Under the pieces are notes generated by a model that had not been told where the DNA came from, searched no databases, and saw nothing but the letters and a program-made list of their open reading frames with translations. A DNA stretch of 63,992 bases, the filler included, from Welwitschia mirabilis (Eukaryota): the NCBI GenBank assembly GCA_051453625.1. It is 9 parts of one record of this genome, joined end to end, with 100 filler letters (N's around TTAATTAATTAA, not from the genome) between each part and the next. Parts side by side here need not be neighbours in the genome. Positions count along the whole stretch, not along the records: positions 12,226 to 37,612 come from JBOZIK010000001.1; 8 more parts are not named here. One strand, written 5' to 3'. Below are positions 13,201-27,400 of the stretch, in pieces. Position numbers and translations under genes: made by a program. Position 1 is the first letter of the stretch. The number at the start of each line of letters is the position of its first letter.

Positions 13201-13699
13201 CAATCCTTAGACATCATTGTAAATGCTTAACTCATCAAAGTTAGAGTCTAAGTATGTTTTTAGTATTTGTAAAAAGCTTTGAATAGATGAAAAGAATGAT
13301 GTCAGGTGGATGCACAAAAAAAATTTGAGTTTAAGAAATTGGTATTCATAGGTAGTCTGAAATTTTAAAGCATTATAATAGAAAGAGAGCAAGTAGAAGA
13401 AAATTGTGACAAAGGCATTCTGATCTCGACTACAACTCCAAAAAAAGATGCACACTCATTAAGAACTTAAGAACTTTATAAGTGCTAGTAAGGTTAGATC
13501 TACAACTTGTTGCTAATGGATAATAAGAACATCTTTTGTTTAATATGAAAAAAAAAACCTAATTCTATTACCATGAAAAATATTTATTAGTAAGCTAACA
13601 CTGCCCTAACAAAATGCCTATTTATTAAACACTAAACCTTACCTATAGTATATCTATTTAAAAGCTAAGGAATAGGGGGTAGAAAAGAATTTTAAAGCA

Positions 13700-16600
13700 A
13701 GGTGACATTTTATTTTCTAATGATAAAAGAAATAGATCAAAAATTTTATAAACAAGGTAATATTATCTATCAAGAACACATTAATAAAAATAGGATAAAA
13801 GTAAAGAGCTAAAAATAGAACTAGTGAGATCCACAATATAAAAGGATAAAATTTAAGAAATACATCTAGTTATTCTTATAGCAATAGGCCTAGCACTCAA
13901 TACTTAGGAATTTCTCAATTGCTACATGTTGGAAATATCTTTGCATGTTGACTTCAAAGTATCCTTTTCATCACTAGGTGTTAAAGAACCTCTAATATAG
14001 TGTTTAACTCTTGGATTTTCCTACTAATGTGCTCCTTTTCCTCTATTAAAATTATCATGTATCTATTTCATTGGAGTTTTAAAGACATTATGCAATGCTT
14101 CCATGTAATTTTCTTACTCATTAAATAATAAAAAGTGTTTAAGAGCTTAAAGGAGAATTTTATTAGAAAAAATTAGGTCCACTTTAACAGAGGGTACTAG
14201 GATTTTTTATTTGTCAAAATTATCCTCATTGAATGATAAACTAATTTTAAATACTAATTAGATTTTCACTTTCTTAATTATAGATGAAATGGAATCTAAG
14301 TCTAGTGCATGTCTTTTCAAAATCTAAGGCTTTTAGTTCTTCTTTTGCCCATTTAACTAATATTGATTATTTTCTTAGAGATAAGGATTATAATTTGGAT
14401 ATGTTGGTTTATAATTAATGTTTTAGATTACTTAAAAGTTGTAGATATTTGATGAAGGGTTAGTTTATTATAATAGGTCTTGACCATCTATGATAAACTA
14501 TTCCATTTTCTCTTATTATTATCTATGGAATGTTTTTCATTTTCATCCTCTTCTTTATATACTCTTCGTAATCATTCCTCCATGGACATTGCATGGTTTA
14601 TGGCCCATTCTCTTTCTAAAAATTCCATAATTAAATTAAAATGTCTAGTAACAATTTTGTTTTTTTAAACAAGCACTTGAAAAAATAATATTAGAATGTA
14701 AAAATGTAGTTATTTTAGCTTTGTATGATTTTCATACTCTTTCATATACTTATCAATAATTTTTACCATTAGCTGCTAAGGATATAAAAGAATGATCTTC
14801 AATAAATGCCTACTTAGGCTCTCCACTATAGAAAGAGGTAACTACAATTTAATCCTTTAATTCTAGACAGATGATTTCTCTATTATTCATACTTTAAGGG
14901 ATTTAGTAATGAAATTTTTTATCACATTAAGTTAGATCTTCTGGAACATAGTTATGTTCCTCCCCTACCTTTGGTTATATTTAATAATATTATAATTAAG
15001 TAATCCATGAAGCTGTCATAATGTTATCTTTTAAACCCTTTGAACTATAAGGTTTTAGAGTTCTCAACATTACTCATATCACCTTGTAGAGTCTAGTTCA
15101 TGATTGGAATGCTTCCCTAGCTTTAACAAAATAATTTCATTGCACTACCATTGGAGTTTTCTAGATGCCTAATCTAGCATCATTTTATGATTTTAAAAGA
15201 TGCATTAATTCCTAAGTTTTCAAGCCTATTAGAACACTAAAAGGGGATACTTTAATTCATACACATTAAGATAAGATGTAATTAATGTATAGTTGTCTAG
15301 GTATGTTAATCTTATACTATATTTAAAATCTTTAAATAAGTGGTCAATGATGTTGTTTGCATGATGACATATCATGTAAAAGTAAGAAACATTAGATAGA
15401 GATTTATTCAATCTATTTTCTATTATTATTCCTCTATATTTAAGAATCCAAATGAAGATCTTAATTTTTTAAGAAGAATTCCATACTTCACTAATAATAC
15501 TTCTTTATTAAAATGATATTGACATACTCTAATAATGTTTAGGACTTATAAAATCTATTTGATGTTTTTCCAAAAGGAAGAGCTACGTTACCAATCCTGT
15601 TTATATTTTTCTTTATTAAAATTTTTTAAGGGGCTTCATTTACCTTTAATGTTTAAAGAATCTTTAGTTTCCTCAGTATATTCATGTTTTCTACATTTTT
15701 GATACCTTGTACTTCTAATTCCTTAGGTCTATTAATAGTCAACCATTTGAAAGTATGTAACACTTATTTATGAATTAACATATTTTATTTGATAGGGTAG
15801 TTGTGGCTAACATATATTTGGTAATTAAGTTGATTCATGCATTAAAAAAATATTGTTTGCTTAGGTGAATACATATCTCTTACACCAATCTTTACATCTC
15901 TTCTCAATATGTTCCCATAGGTTTTACTAGGTATTGTTTTTTTTTAATTCAAATACCTAGATATACATCATTTTCTGATCCTTCTCTTACACTTATTTCA
16001 TTTAGAATAATGCTTTTATTATTTACATTTGTATTGGAAAAATATATCTTAGATTTCTCCTAGTTAATATGTAATATTATTTATTGAATTACTTAATGTT
16101 CTTAATTATTAATCTAACATCCTCCTTTGCTTTAGTTATTAGAATGGTATCATTAGCATAATGATTCTTTAAAAACATTTTTTTAAATAGAAATCCCTTA
16201 ATTTTTTGTTACAAAAATTCTTATAATATTTAACATTAGAATGAATAAATAGGATAATAATGGATTTTTCTTATGTTAAGTATTTATTTGGTTTAAGAAA
16301 ATATAAGGCCTTGAATTAATATTTACTATAAATTTTGAAGTAGACTAAAAATTAAACACTAGTTCTAAATATCCAGAAGGCAAGTCTTTACTAAACATGA
16401 TATCTAGATCTATCTACTTGAATGTATCATAGGATTTTACTATGTCAATACTTACTAAAAATTTACAAGTACCATGATTCAAAATAATTTGGTCTTTAAT
16501 GTACTTAGATTTAACAAAACTAGTATAAGAAGGATGGACTACCTTAGAAAGTAAAAGGTTAAGCTGATGAACAAGAGCATTAGTGAGAAATATGTAGATT

Positions 16601-19600
16601 ACATTACATACAATGAGCAAGAGGATTAGTGAGAATTATATAGACTGCATTACATACACTAATATGTTTCAAGTCTTATGAGGTAATAACATCTTATTTT
16701 GTGGAATTACTATTACATTAGTGAAGTCGTTCTCTCACATTATCTTGCCTCTATGTAGTATATTAGTTTTCATATTTGTAATTTTTTCTAGTAAATATGT
16801 GAAAACTTTGTTATTAAAGTTTACTAGCTAGCCTTCTAGGATAGAAATTTTATTATCTTGCATACTTCTAATGGATCCTATTATTTTCCATTTAGTGAAG
16901 TCTTTCATCTAATGAGATCTTTATTCTTTTTTTAAAGTCTTTGTAAAGTTCATGTTAGGAGGAACTCTTGTATAGATTTCTATAATTCTATAAAATAAGT
17001 TTTACAAGGCTTACTATATCTTATTATTGAGTATTTCTTGGTCTTTTATTTTAATATTTTTATCTAATTAGTATTCTTATTATTAGATTCTATTCTAAAT
17101 AAGAGTTTTAAATAGCATTAACCATTTTATCCTTGAGTGTTATTGTTTATAACTTTGTTTATCTTTATGTAAGTCATATATTTTAATTAAAATTTTTATT
17201 TTTCCATCATGTTTTAGAGTTTTACCTAGCTCGTAATGCCATCTCTTCTCTAATTAATATAATAGTGCTTTCCTTTTAGTCTTATTGATGTTTTCTTCCT
17301 TAAATCAATCTTTGTGGCTTTTTTTAGATGATTAGAAGCTTTTTTGAGGAAAAAATATCTAGGAATTACTTTTATAATATTGGCTTCAAATATTCTACAT
17401 CCCCTCCTAAAGTTTCTCTCTATTTAGACAATATCTTTTAAACTTAAAATAGCAATGGCAAGATGCTTTAATTTTTATTTACAGAATAATTGATTTATAA
17501 TTAAAAGGTATTGTACATAATTATCTCATTGAGAAATTTGTGGTATTGATTAACTTCCCTAAGATTCATTCCCTTGTAATTTTAATAAGAATCATATTGA
17601 TACTCATTCTATAATTAGATTAAGTAAACTAGCTATCTAATAGGTCTATATCACACACTTTCTTTTCCTAAATTATATGTAAATATTTATTCACTTAAGA
17701 TTCATTCTAGTATTTACTACTAAACTTTTTTCATCTATATTGGCATTAGATAAAATTACTTCTAAGTATCTAATATTAATTATTATATCTTTTTATTAGA
17801 TTCTTAAAAAAAGGAAAAAAATCTTGTTTAATGATTTTGTGAAATATAATAGTTAGTTAAGATTAAATTATCAGTTTAAATTATAATAAACTAGTTATTA
17901 GCCTCTAGCACTATAAAAGAAAGTCTACTTATAATTAATAGGCCTACTTCTCTACCTATACTAGCTATTATAATAGATTATCAATTTTTTAAGGGAATCT
18001 AAATATTCCTAGTTATCAATTTTATTTCATTTATTCAAATCAAATCATCTTTCCATTCATTTATTAGATGAAGTAGTAATTTTTTGTTTTTTCCCATCCC
18101 TTATAAGAGATTCATACCTCCTTTAGGTTCTAATTTAAGACAATTATTAATTATTCTTCCTATGATTGAGATGTTTATCAATCATATCTTTAAGGTTAAC
18201 CAAGATTTATCTAAGATATTTGACTTAATTTTTCTAATTTATTTTTTAAATATTTAACTATATTCCTTTTTTTTTTTTTTTCCCGAAGAGATAGTAGGTA
18301 GGTAATTTTTACCACACAAATGCCCAGTGGCAGTTCGGCTTACAGAATCTATTTCATTTTTATTTCTTGTCGATAATTGGTAGGTACTTTTATGCCACAC
18401 AAATTCCTAGTGACACTTAGGCTTACTAAATCTATTCCATTTTTACTCCTTGCCCCTATTGGTATTTGAACTTTGGACCTCTAGGTCCATGTATCTGTGA
18501 CCTTACCACTTTGGTAAGAAGTCATTGATATTTAGCTATCTTTCTTGAGTGTTATAAACCTCATAACTTTTGAGTGGAGATTAAATTGATATTTTTATAG
18601 CCACTTCTTTATTTTTTTTTATTTTAGGTGGGGTGAAATCATCTTAATTATTTTTCCTTTTTGCACTTACCTTTTAAGTTTCCTAATCGGATATCATCCT
18701 CTTATGTTTTCTTTTTATTCTCTCCTTAAATATTTTTTTCTTTATGCATAAGATCTTTTAACCCTTTAAATTTGTTCTTATGAAATGTCTTGTCTTGTTT
18801 TTATATTTTCCTTCTTTTTTCCTTTTGTGTCATACAATCATTCTTTATGTGTTTACGTTTCCTATAATAATTACAATTTAGCTAACTTTTATAGTCTTGT
18901 TCTAGGTGCTCTTATTTTTTATATTAACTANNNNNNNNNNNNNNNNNNNNNNNNNNNNNNNNNNNNNNNNNNNNNNNNNNNNNNNNNNNNNNNNNNNNNN
19001 NNNNNNNNNNNNNNNNNNNNNNNNNNNNNNNNNNNNNNNNNNNNNNNNNNNNNNNNNNNNNNNNNNNNNNNNNNNNNNNNNNNNNNNNNNNNNNNNNNNN
19101 NNNNNNNNNNNNNNNNNNNNNNNNNNNNNNNNNNNNNNNNNNNNNNNNNNNNNNNNNNNNNNNNNNNNNNNNNNNNNNNNNNNNNNNNNNNNNNNNNNNN
19201 NNNNNNNNNNNNNNNNNNNNNNNNNNNNNNNNNNNNNNNNNNNNNNNNNNNNNNNNNNNNNNNNNNNNNNNNNNNNNNNNNNNNNNNNNNNNNNNNNNNN
19301 NNNNNNNNNNNNNNNNNNNNNNNNNNNNNNNNNNNNNNNNNNNNNNNNNNNNNNNNNNNNNNNNNNNNNNNNNNNNNNNNNNNNNNNNNNNNNNNNNNNN
19401 NNNNNNNNNNNNNNNNNNNNNNNNNNNNNNNNNNNNNNNNNNNNNNNNNNNNNNNNNNNNNNNNNNNNNNNNNNNNNNNNNNNNNNNNNNNNNNNNNNNN
19501 NNNNNNNNNNNNNNNNNNNNNNNNNNNNNNNNNNGTTCTAGGTGCTCTTCTTTTTTATATTAACTACATTTGATTATTTGAATGTCCCTTTTAGGTGACT

Positions 19601-20150
19601 TATTTTTTTACAAATTTTACACAAATTGGAACATTCTTGTATTCAAAATTTAGGCTTTTAAAACCTCATTTGAATTTGATCTATGTTTATTTAAATATCT
19701 ATATATTCTAAAAGGTTGATCACACATAGAACCTCATTAACATAAACCTTGAATATCTAGCTATTTTTTATTTATCTTAATTAGTCAACCAAAATTTTTT
19801 TCTAATCTCTTTCAAAATGTTGCCTTCTTATAACTCTATTAGAAAGTTTACAATTCATATGCAAACTGAAACATTATCAAAAAGGTTTTCATCATATTGA
19901 GCCTTAGTTTTCATTAGGTAAGAGCCCACATGTTCCAAAGAATCATGATTTAGAAGAAGTCCTCTGGATGTTATCATTACTTTTACTCTTCCTATACCAA
20001 TATTTCTTAGGACTAGCTTAGAGCACATCAAGTATAACTTTAGGTAAGGATCATTAGATATGAATCTATCTAATAAAAATTTCTTAAATTTATAGAAAAC
20101 TATATTGATTAATAAAAATAAGAAAAAGCAAGCAAAATTTTTAAAATAAA
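13700..20150 (-). mobile_element. Near full-length degenerate L1-clade LINE (ORF1 plus ORF2)
   Basis: ORF1-like VCI*IVNFLIEL* (VWIRxxxLPxExW) and FEYKNVP followed by a CCHC knuckle remnant (19590-19870). EN motif DIDLLDS*FT*SN (about 17615-17650). RT motifs VVHPSYTSFVKSKYIKDQIIL and VSIDIVKSYD (ORF 16414-16620), NPLLSYLFIL (about 16240-16265) and HYANDTIL (about 16140-16165). RLGI (GGLG motif, about 15170). Both ends are approximate. Confidence 0.8.
18267..18527 (-). mobile_element. tRNA-derived SINE with poly(A) tail and target-site duplication
   Basis: Minus strand: A-box-like TACCAAAGTGGTAAGG, B-box-like AAGTTCAAATACC, a body of two units of about 80 bp, and an A15 tail (T-run 18267-18281). 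Flanked by ATATTTAACTATATTCC (18250-18266) and ATATTTAGCTATCTTTC (18528-18544). Confidence 0.8.
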
Positions 20151-21304
20151 ATTTTATGCATCCTCCCTTATTTTGACTTCATAGCTTGCTTTTAAAAGAA
20201 AGCACACCTAACTAGGTTTTCACTAGCATTTTTTTTCCCTAAGTGTAATACCATGATGTGACCTATTGATGCCCTATTAATTCCCCTCTTAACATGGGAA
20301 TACACTTTCTTCCAAGAAAACTAGAGTGCCTAGAGGAAAACCTCAGGAATTTGGCCTATATTAAAACTTTCAAAAAAGGATTTATTGTGTGAAGGAACCC
20401 CTTTAGAAGAACTAGTTACACATTTTATAATAATAGAATTCATGCATTATGCATCTCATAATGATAGGACAAGTTGTACAAAATATTCCATAGTACTAGG
20501 AAAAATTGTACTACATATCTTGTAGTACTAGGATTGATAAAGGCTTTTCTCAGTAACTATGAAATTTAAATTAAGCCCAATATTTATAGAAAAATAAATT
20601 GTATCAACTCATAGTCAATTCTATCTTGGGTTGAAAGTTTTATAACCTTTCTCAACCAAGTAGCTTTATGTACATATTAAATATTTATTCTATGGTTGAA
20701 TGGTTTATTGGTATAATGAATTTATGTTATATAGGTTTCTTAACTTTATGGTCTAATTTTCATGTACCATTTTCTACTAGTATGTAATATTATTCTTTCA
20801 TGGCTTGGACCTAGTGGTTATATGAAATGGCATTTTTGAAGGAGATTGGTTCATCACTAAAATTTAGATGAAGCTTGTTATTATCATCAAGATATTCCTT
20901 AGAGATTTACCTAGTTCTAAGTTTTCCCTTTTCATCATTGCAAATATCTGATAGAGTAGATTCTAATCAAGTACATTATTTTCATCTTTAGAAGTGATCA
21001 ACATGCTCAATAGAATAATCTAATGAGTTGCTATTGGCACCATGTTAATATGTGATAGGCATATGAAAATTCTTTATTCCTCTAGATTGTATTATGACAA
21101 AATCATTTTGGTTAAAAAAATTAATAAATTAAAAGTGGTGGACACATCTCCCTTCTCAATTATAGGATAGTAAGCATCTAATACTTGCATAATATGAAAG
21201 AAGGGATGCAGCTTGAAAAGATTAATCTAAGATTGTATTGTAAAATTTTCAAAAAGATGACATCATAAGAGATGATGATCTTATGATGCTCAGTAATGTA
21301 TATG

Positions 21305-22388
21305 TATTGCAATGTGTATTTATGCTTCTAATTTCAATATTCTAAAGATTGAATTTAACTAGAAACATCTGAAAAGCTAATAATCTAATTACACACAATA
21401 CACATTTGTATGATGGAATCAACCCAAATTTCATACACTTAGAGAAGAATTCTAAAAGAGAATATGAAAAATTGCTTTCATAAAGATCAGAATAACATAT
21501 TTTGAAATTTTCCTTTAAAAGAAACAAAATTAAACAATTCAAAGATGAAGATGGAATGCAATGCAATCAAATTAAATGAAATGCAATGTAATGAATGCAA
21601 TTATAATGTAATGAATTAATTAAAATTCCATTCTACTATCACTTATATTGGTCCTTATAACCTATTTTAATTTCAACTTCATGTCACTTAAATTGTAATT
21701 AATATAAGCTATAAGAAAGAATAATAACACATTTGAAAAGATTTCAATTCAATTAATACTTTTATTAATGAAATTGAATTACATCCACTTACGACAACAN
21801 NNNNNNNNNNNNNNNNNNNNNNNNNNNNNNNNNNNNNNNNNNNNNNNGAATGAATCTCCTTCCCTCAAAAAATCTTTAATTATTATAAGAATTTAGATGA
21901 TAAAAGATGATTTTGAATAAGGTCTGAAAGGGTCTATTTATAGGTTGGGATAGGTCACTAAAGGGTGTGAAATGAAGAGGTATGAGTTAGATCCACCATT
22001 TTATAATAATTTAATTATGTTTACAAATTATTTTGATCATCATTTATTATGTCATTCCCATTATATAAAGGATGATACTCCATCTACCAACTAATGCTTA
22101 GCACATGTAAAATATGATGACTATCATCCCCATCGTCGTCCTCATGACATAGAGGAAAATCATACTTTTCTGACTATTATCCCTTCTATCATCTCCACAA
22201 CATGGAGGATGGTTATAATATCTTCATCACATTGATTTGGTTCATTATTATCCAAAAATGGATTCTTGGATTGGAAATTATTGCATCTTTTGACCTGTAT
22301 GAAAGCTTTATATAATTAAAAACCTATCAATAGGACCTGAAAATATACTCCACAAGTGTATTAAGTAGGTCAAGTTGACATCGCAACA
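21305..22388 (-). repeat. 3' LTR of the 21305-31445 element
   Basis: Termini TATTGCAATG...CATCGCAACA (consensus TGTTGCGATG inverted repeat), colinear with 30345-31445. The PPT GCTAAGTGGGGGCCTA is adjacent on the minus strand (22389-22404). Confidence 0.9.
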
Positions 22389-23959
22389 TAGGCCCCCACT
22401 TAGCATTTGTTAGCCCTTGACAAAGTAAGTGAATAACAATTTGTGAGCCAACTAACGAAAAAAAAACTCAAAACATGTATATTATTTAAAATTAAGAGTA
22501 CAACATGTGAAATACATCTATAAAAAAGCATAAGTGAAATTGATGTATATCATCAATCATTTAGTTTAACATCATAGCATATATTTGGTAATAAATTTGG
22601 GTTTACAAATCATGTAATATAGGTGTCTACCTTCTCCAACTATATGAGCAAGTCATCTCAAGTTGCATAAATCATGAAGAGAAGGTAAACTCAGCTAAGA
22701 TTTCATGATTGCAAGGTTAAGTGATGGAAGAGNNNNNNNNNNNNNNNNNNNNNNNNNNNNNNNNNNNNNNNNNNNNNNNNNNNNNNNNNNNNNNNNNNNN
22801 NNNNNNNNNNNNNNNNNNNNNNNNNNNNNNNNNNNNNNNNNNNNNNNNNNNNNNNNNNNNNNNNNNNNNNNNNNNNNNNNNNNNNNNNNNNNNNNNNNNN
22901 NNNNNNNNNNNNNNNNNNNNNNNNNNNNNNNNNNNNNNNNNNNNNNNNNNNNNNNNNNNNNNNNNNNNNNNNNNNNNNNNNNNNNNNNNNNNNNNNNNNN
23001 NNNNNNNNNNNNNNNNNNNNNNNNNNNNNNNNNNNNNNNNNNNNNNNNNNNNNNNNNNNNNNNNNNNNNNNNNNNNNNNNNNNNNNNNNNNNNNNNNNNN
23101 NNNNNNNNNNNNNNNNNNNNNNNNNNNNNNNNNNNNNNNNNNNNNNNNNNNNNNATAATTCAATCCATCTTTAGCTATTACAGCCATAGTACCTTGATAA
23201 GATATCATCTAATGATCAATATACTCATATGCTCTCAAAGTTTATGCCTTAGAAGGATGGGAATTTTTAATCAACGAGGTGTTGAACAATACCATTCATC
23301 ATGATCAGGGGAGTGTAATCACTGCTAAGAGAATAAAAACCCATAAGCTAAAGCCAGATCATTACCAAATAATCCTCTGATGGAGTTCCCACAACTATCA
23401 TATCATACTACCAAAGGCCCTCTTTTAGGAAAATTTGCCTTGGTATGCTTGCGGTAGCACATCACGGTATAATTACAAGAGGATAATTCATTTTTCTTTT
23501 TCTTTTTCTTTTTCTTTTTTTTCCTTATTTTCCTCTTGCTTTTTATTTTTCCCCCATTGACTTAGACTCCTCATTTTTAACAGCATTGATTAATCATTGG
23601 AATGATAAGGTAACAAAGTATATGATTAAAAGCAAGCATCGGATTAACATAATTGATATTTTGCCATAAAATAACTAAGGAGATTGATTGCAAATATTGG
23701 AACATCTTAAGATTGATTGAATTTAATCTTTATCACATGAAAAACTGAAGTAAAGAATTACTTAATCATAGTAACACTTATGGAACTAAAACATAAACCA
23801 AGTTGAAGATGATCAAGTAGTTTTGTAACTTAAACCAAGAAAGGTGAGAAATAATCTAGTAAATGGCCAAGGAAAGATTTACCTTTTTGTAAATAGGATC
23901 TTCTAAGTTAATTACTTCTATCATGTTCAAGCTATAACGACAATCATCTAGAGATATAT

Positions 23960-24150
23960 AAATTTTTTACCTTTATCCATTTACTTTTTGGATTTCTTAA
24001 GTTTAAAGATCAAAGATCTCAATAGAGCCATTAGAATGTAACCTTTCCACATGATAAAGATCAAGACATTTAGAGTTCATCTTATTATGTATAAGATGTA
24101 CTTGATTATCATGCAAAAGCACAAATCAACCTGTGTCTATAAGTTTAGTA
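23960..24150 (-). pseudogene. Integrase C-terminal (GPY/F-like) remnant
   Basis: VLLHDNQVHLIHNKMNSK...HSNGSIEIFD...KVNG*R, homologous to 57510-57690 on the plus strand. Confidence 0.7.
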
Positions 24151-24499
24151 ATTTTATCCTTGATTATTGACTTAATAATAGGATTAAGCAAATATTTTTC
24201 TTAGAAGGGTAAAGTTGAAAACTAATGATCAATGGCTTATTAGGAGTGTTATTTCAGAACATGTATTTTAAGCCATTGGGTAAGTCTTTAAGTTAAAGAT
24301 TATTTTCATCCTTCATAGTTGTAGAACACCCATCTTGATGTAAAAGTCTTTCAATGGATCTTACATGTTGAATATCATGATCAAGTATGGTTTTAAAGTC
24401 CTTATGAAAATCATTATTGGAAGAGTATTTTAAAATATTTGGGTTAAGGTTACAAGGATTAGAGGAGTTTAAAGATTTAAAATTAATCAAATATTCTTC

Positions 24500-27400
24500 C
24501 TCATCCTCTAACAAGGTAGAGTTATGTAATGAAAGGAGCCTTTCTTCTAAAGGATGATGTTAAACTAACATGGATGATCTAAACTTTTTTTCTATGTCTA
24601 ATTTATCTTCCATGTCCTTTTTAATAGCATCAAATACTCTAATACTAAAATTTTTATTGCCTATATGACATTCCATCATCCCTATGTAAGTATCAATGAC
24701 ATAATAGGCTGTTGCATAAAAGGTTATTCCTAAACATAGAGGGTATACGCCATTACGTTTAACCTCTATAATGAACACATCTATAAATTAAAAATCCTCT
24801 TCAATTTAAATAACTAAATCTTTGATTATTTCTCGAGGTTTCTCAATTAATGCATAAGCCAATTCCAACACTATTTTGATAGGTTCAATTCTCCCTTCTA
24901 ATCTAATCTTTTTACAAAAGTGTAAAGACATAATATTGATACTTACTCCTATGTCTATTAGAGCTTTCTTGATTTTTTTTATTTTCTTCCAAAATAANNN
25001 NNNNNNNNNNNNNNNNNNNNNNNNNNNNNNNNNNNNNNNNNNNNNNNNNNNNNNNNNNNNNNNNNNNNNNNNNNNNNNNNNNNNNNNNNNNNNNNNNATT
25101 TAACCTTTTTTTATATGTCTAATTTATCTTCCATGTCCTTTTTAATAGCATCAAATACTTTAATACTAAAATTTTTATTGCCTATATGACATTCCATCAT
25201 CCCTATGTAAGTATCAATGACACAATAGGCTGTTGCATAAAAGGTTGTTCCTAAACATAGAGGGTATACGTCATTATGTTTAACCTCTATAATGACCACA
25301 TCTATAAAGTAAAAATCCTCTTCAATTTAAATAACTAAATCTTTGATTATTTCTAGAGGTTTCTCAATTGATGCATAAGCCAATTCCAACACTATTTTGG
25401 TAGGTTCAATTCTCCCTTCTAATCCAATCTTTTTACAAAAGTGTAAAGACATAATATTGATACTTACTCCTATGTCTATTAGAGCTTTCTTGCTTTTTTT
25501 TATTTTCTTTTAAAATAACATCAATAATTACTACCCCTAGATCCTTAATTTTAGGACTTTTTAAGAAACTAACTTGGAGAGAGATTGTGCAATTAATATT
25601 TTACTTTAGATTATCCTCTTTTGTTTTATTCTTATTAAGTACTTCCAAATTTTGTTGTACTTGGGATTCTCTTAAATAATCTTCTAAAAGGATAGTTTGA
25701 TAGTAACATCATTCATAATTTCTTTTAAACACTCATCATAAGTTGGATTATTATTTAATCTATCTAGTCATGGGGTNNNNNNNNNNNNNNNNNNNNNNNN
25801 NNNNNNNNNNNNNNNNNNNNNNNNNNNNNNNNNNNNNNNNNNNNNNNNNNNNNNNNNNNNNNNNNNNNNNNNNNNNATCCTCTTTTATTTTATTCTTATT
25901 AAGTACTTCCAAATTTCGTTGTACTTGGGATTCTCTTAAATAATCTTCTAAAAGGGTAGTTTGATAGTAACATCATTCATAATTTATTTTAAACACTCAT
26001 CATAAGTTGGATTATTATTTAATCTATCCAGTCATGGGGTAGTTTTCTCCTTTGAATGTTGATTGTTATTGTTGGATTCAGAGTTAAGAGTAGAAGGAAA
26101 GTTTAGTTGATCAAGAATTTCAATATCATATTATTGAGGTTTTTCCTTTTCTTTGTAGATAGAAGTTGAAGGTCTTTATGAGGAGTAGTACCATGTCCAC
26201 TTCTAGTTACTACTTTCTAATCTTTATTTACATTATTTCGGTTTGGAATAGTTTGAGTGACAAATGATCATTGAGGTCTTTGATTTCCTAACATGTTTTA
26301 TTAAAGGAGTATAATCAAATTTCTTAAGTTTTTATTCTAATTTTGTAAGATTTCATTAGTGGTATCTTATGTTTTTTTTAAGTTCCTCCATCATTTTTCT
26401 ATAAGGATCCTTTTTTATTATAGTTGAAAAAACTGGGCTGATAGTTATGCTTCTGTATTTATTATCAAATGAAAGTTGGAAAGATTTTTAAGGTTAATTA
26501 TTTCTTGGTGGATATTGTTGGGTTCCTTCAAATTTGTTTAGCCTTTTATTGAATGCATAAAATTCATTAAATATGACCTCTCTACAAGTTAGTAAATTTG
26601 AACATTCCTTGGTAGAGTGATAGTTTTCATCACNNNNNNNNNNNNNNNNNNNNNNNNNNNNNNNNNNNNNNNNNNNNNNNNNNNNNNNNNNNNNNNNNNN
26701 NNNNNNNNNNNNNNNNNNNNNNNNNNNNNNNNNTATTTAATCTATCTAGTCATGGGGTAGTTTTCTCCTTTGAATGTTGATTGTTATTGTTGGACTTAGA
26801 GTTAAGAGTAGGAGGAAAGTTTAGTTGATCAAGAATTTCAATATCATATTATTGAGGTTTTTTCTTTTCTTTGTGGATAGAAGTTAAAGGTATTTATGAG
26901 GAGTAGTACCATGTCCACTTCTAGTTACTACTTTCTAATCTTTATTTACATTATTTCAGTTTGGAATAGTTTGAGTGACAAGTGATCCTTGAGGTCTTTG
27001 ATTTTCTAACATGTTTTATTGAAGGAGTATAATCAAATTTTTTAAGTTTTTATTCTANNNNNNNNNNTGATAGTTATGCTTTTGTATTTGTTATCAAATG
27101 AAAGTTGGAAAGATTTTTAAGGTTAATTATTTCTTGGTGGATATTATTGGGTTCCTTCAAATTTATTTGGCCTTTTATTGAATGCATAAACTTCATTAAA
27201 TATGACCTCTCTACAAGTTAGTAAATTTGGACATTCCTTGGTAGAGTGATAGTTTTCATCACATATTTCATAATGATTGAGTTGATTTAGCAATTTTGCA
27301 TCAGCTAAAGTTTTTNNNNNNNNNNNNNNNNNNNNNNNNNNNNNNNNNNNNNNNNNNNNNNNNNNNNNNNNNNNNNNNNNNNNNNNNNNNNNNNNNNNNN

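Noticed and set aside
6296..14836. Other CACTA(T)AG matches at about 6296, 13188 and 14825
   Set aside because: No subterminal repeats, and at least one lies inside LINE coding sequence; chance matches.
16350..16410. MFSKDLPSGY as a caulimovirus or Gypsy RT motif (endogenous pararetrovirus)
   Set aside because: The surrounding motifs (IDIVKSYD, NPLLSYLF, YANDT, endonuclease) fit an L1 LINE, and no movement or coat protein signal was seen.
21550..21612. AATGC/AATGT/AATGA pentamer runs (also at 30575-30655)
   Set aside because: Low-complexity part of the LTR, present in both copies; not an independent satellite.
23370..23400. CTGATGGAG as a hammerhead ribozyme core
   Set aside because: It deviates from CUGANGA and is not conserved in the homologous copy at about 62955-62970.
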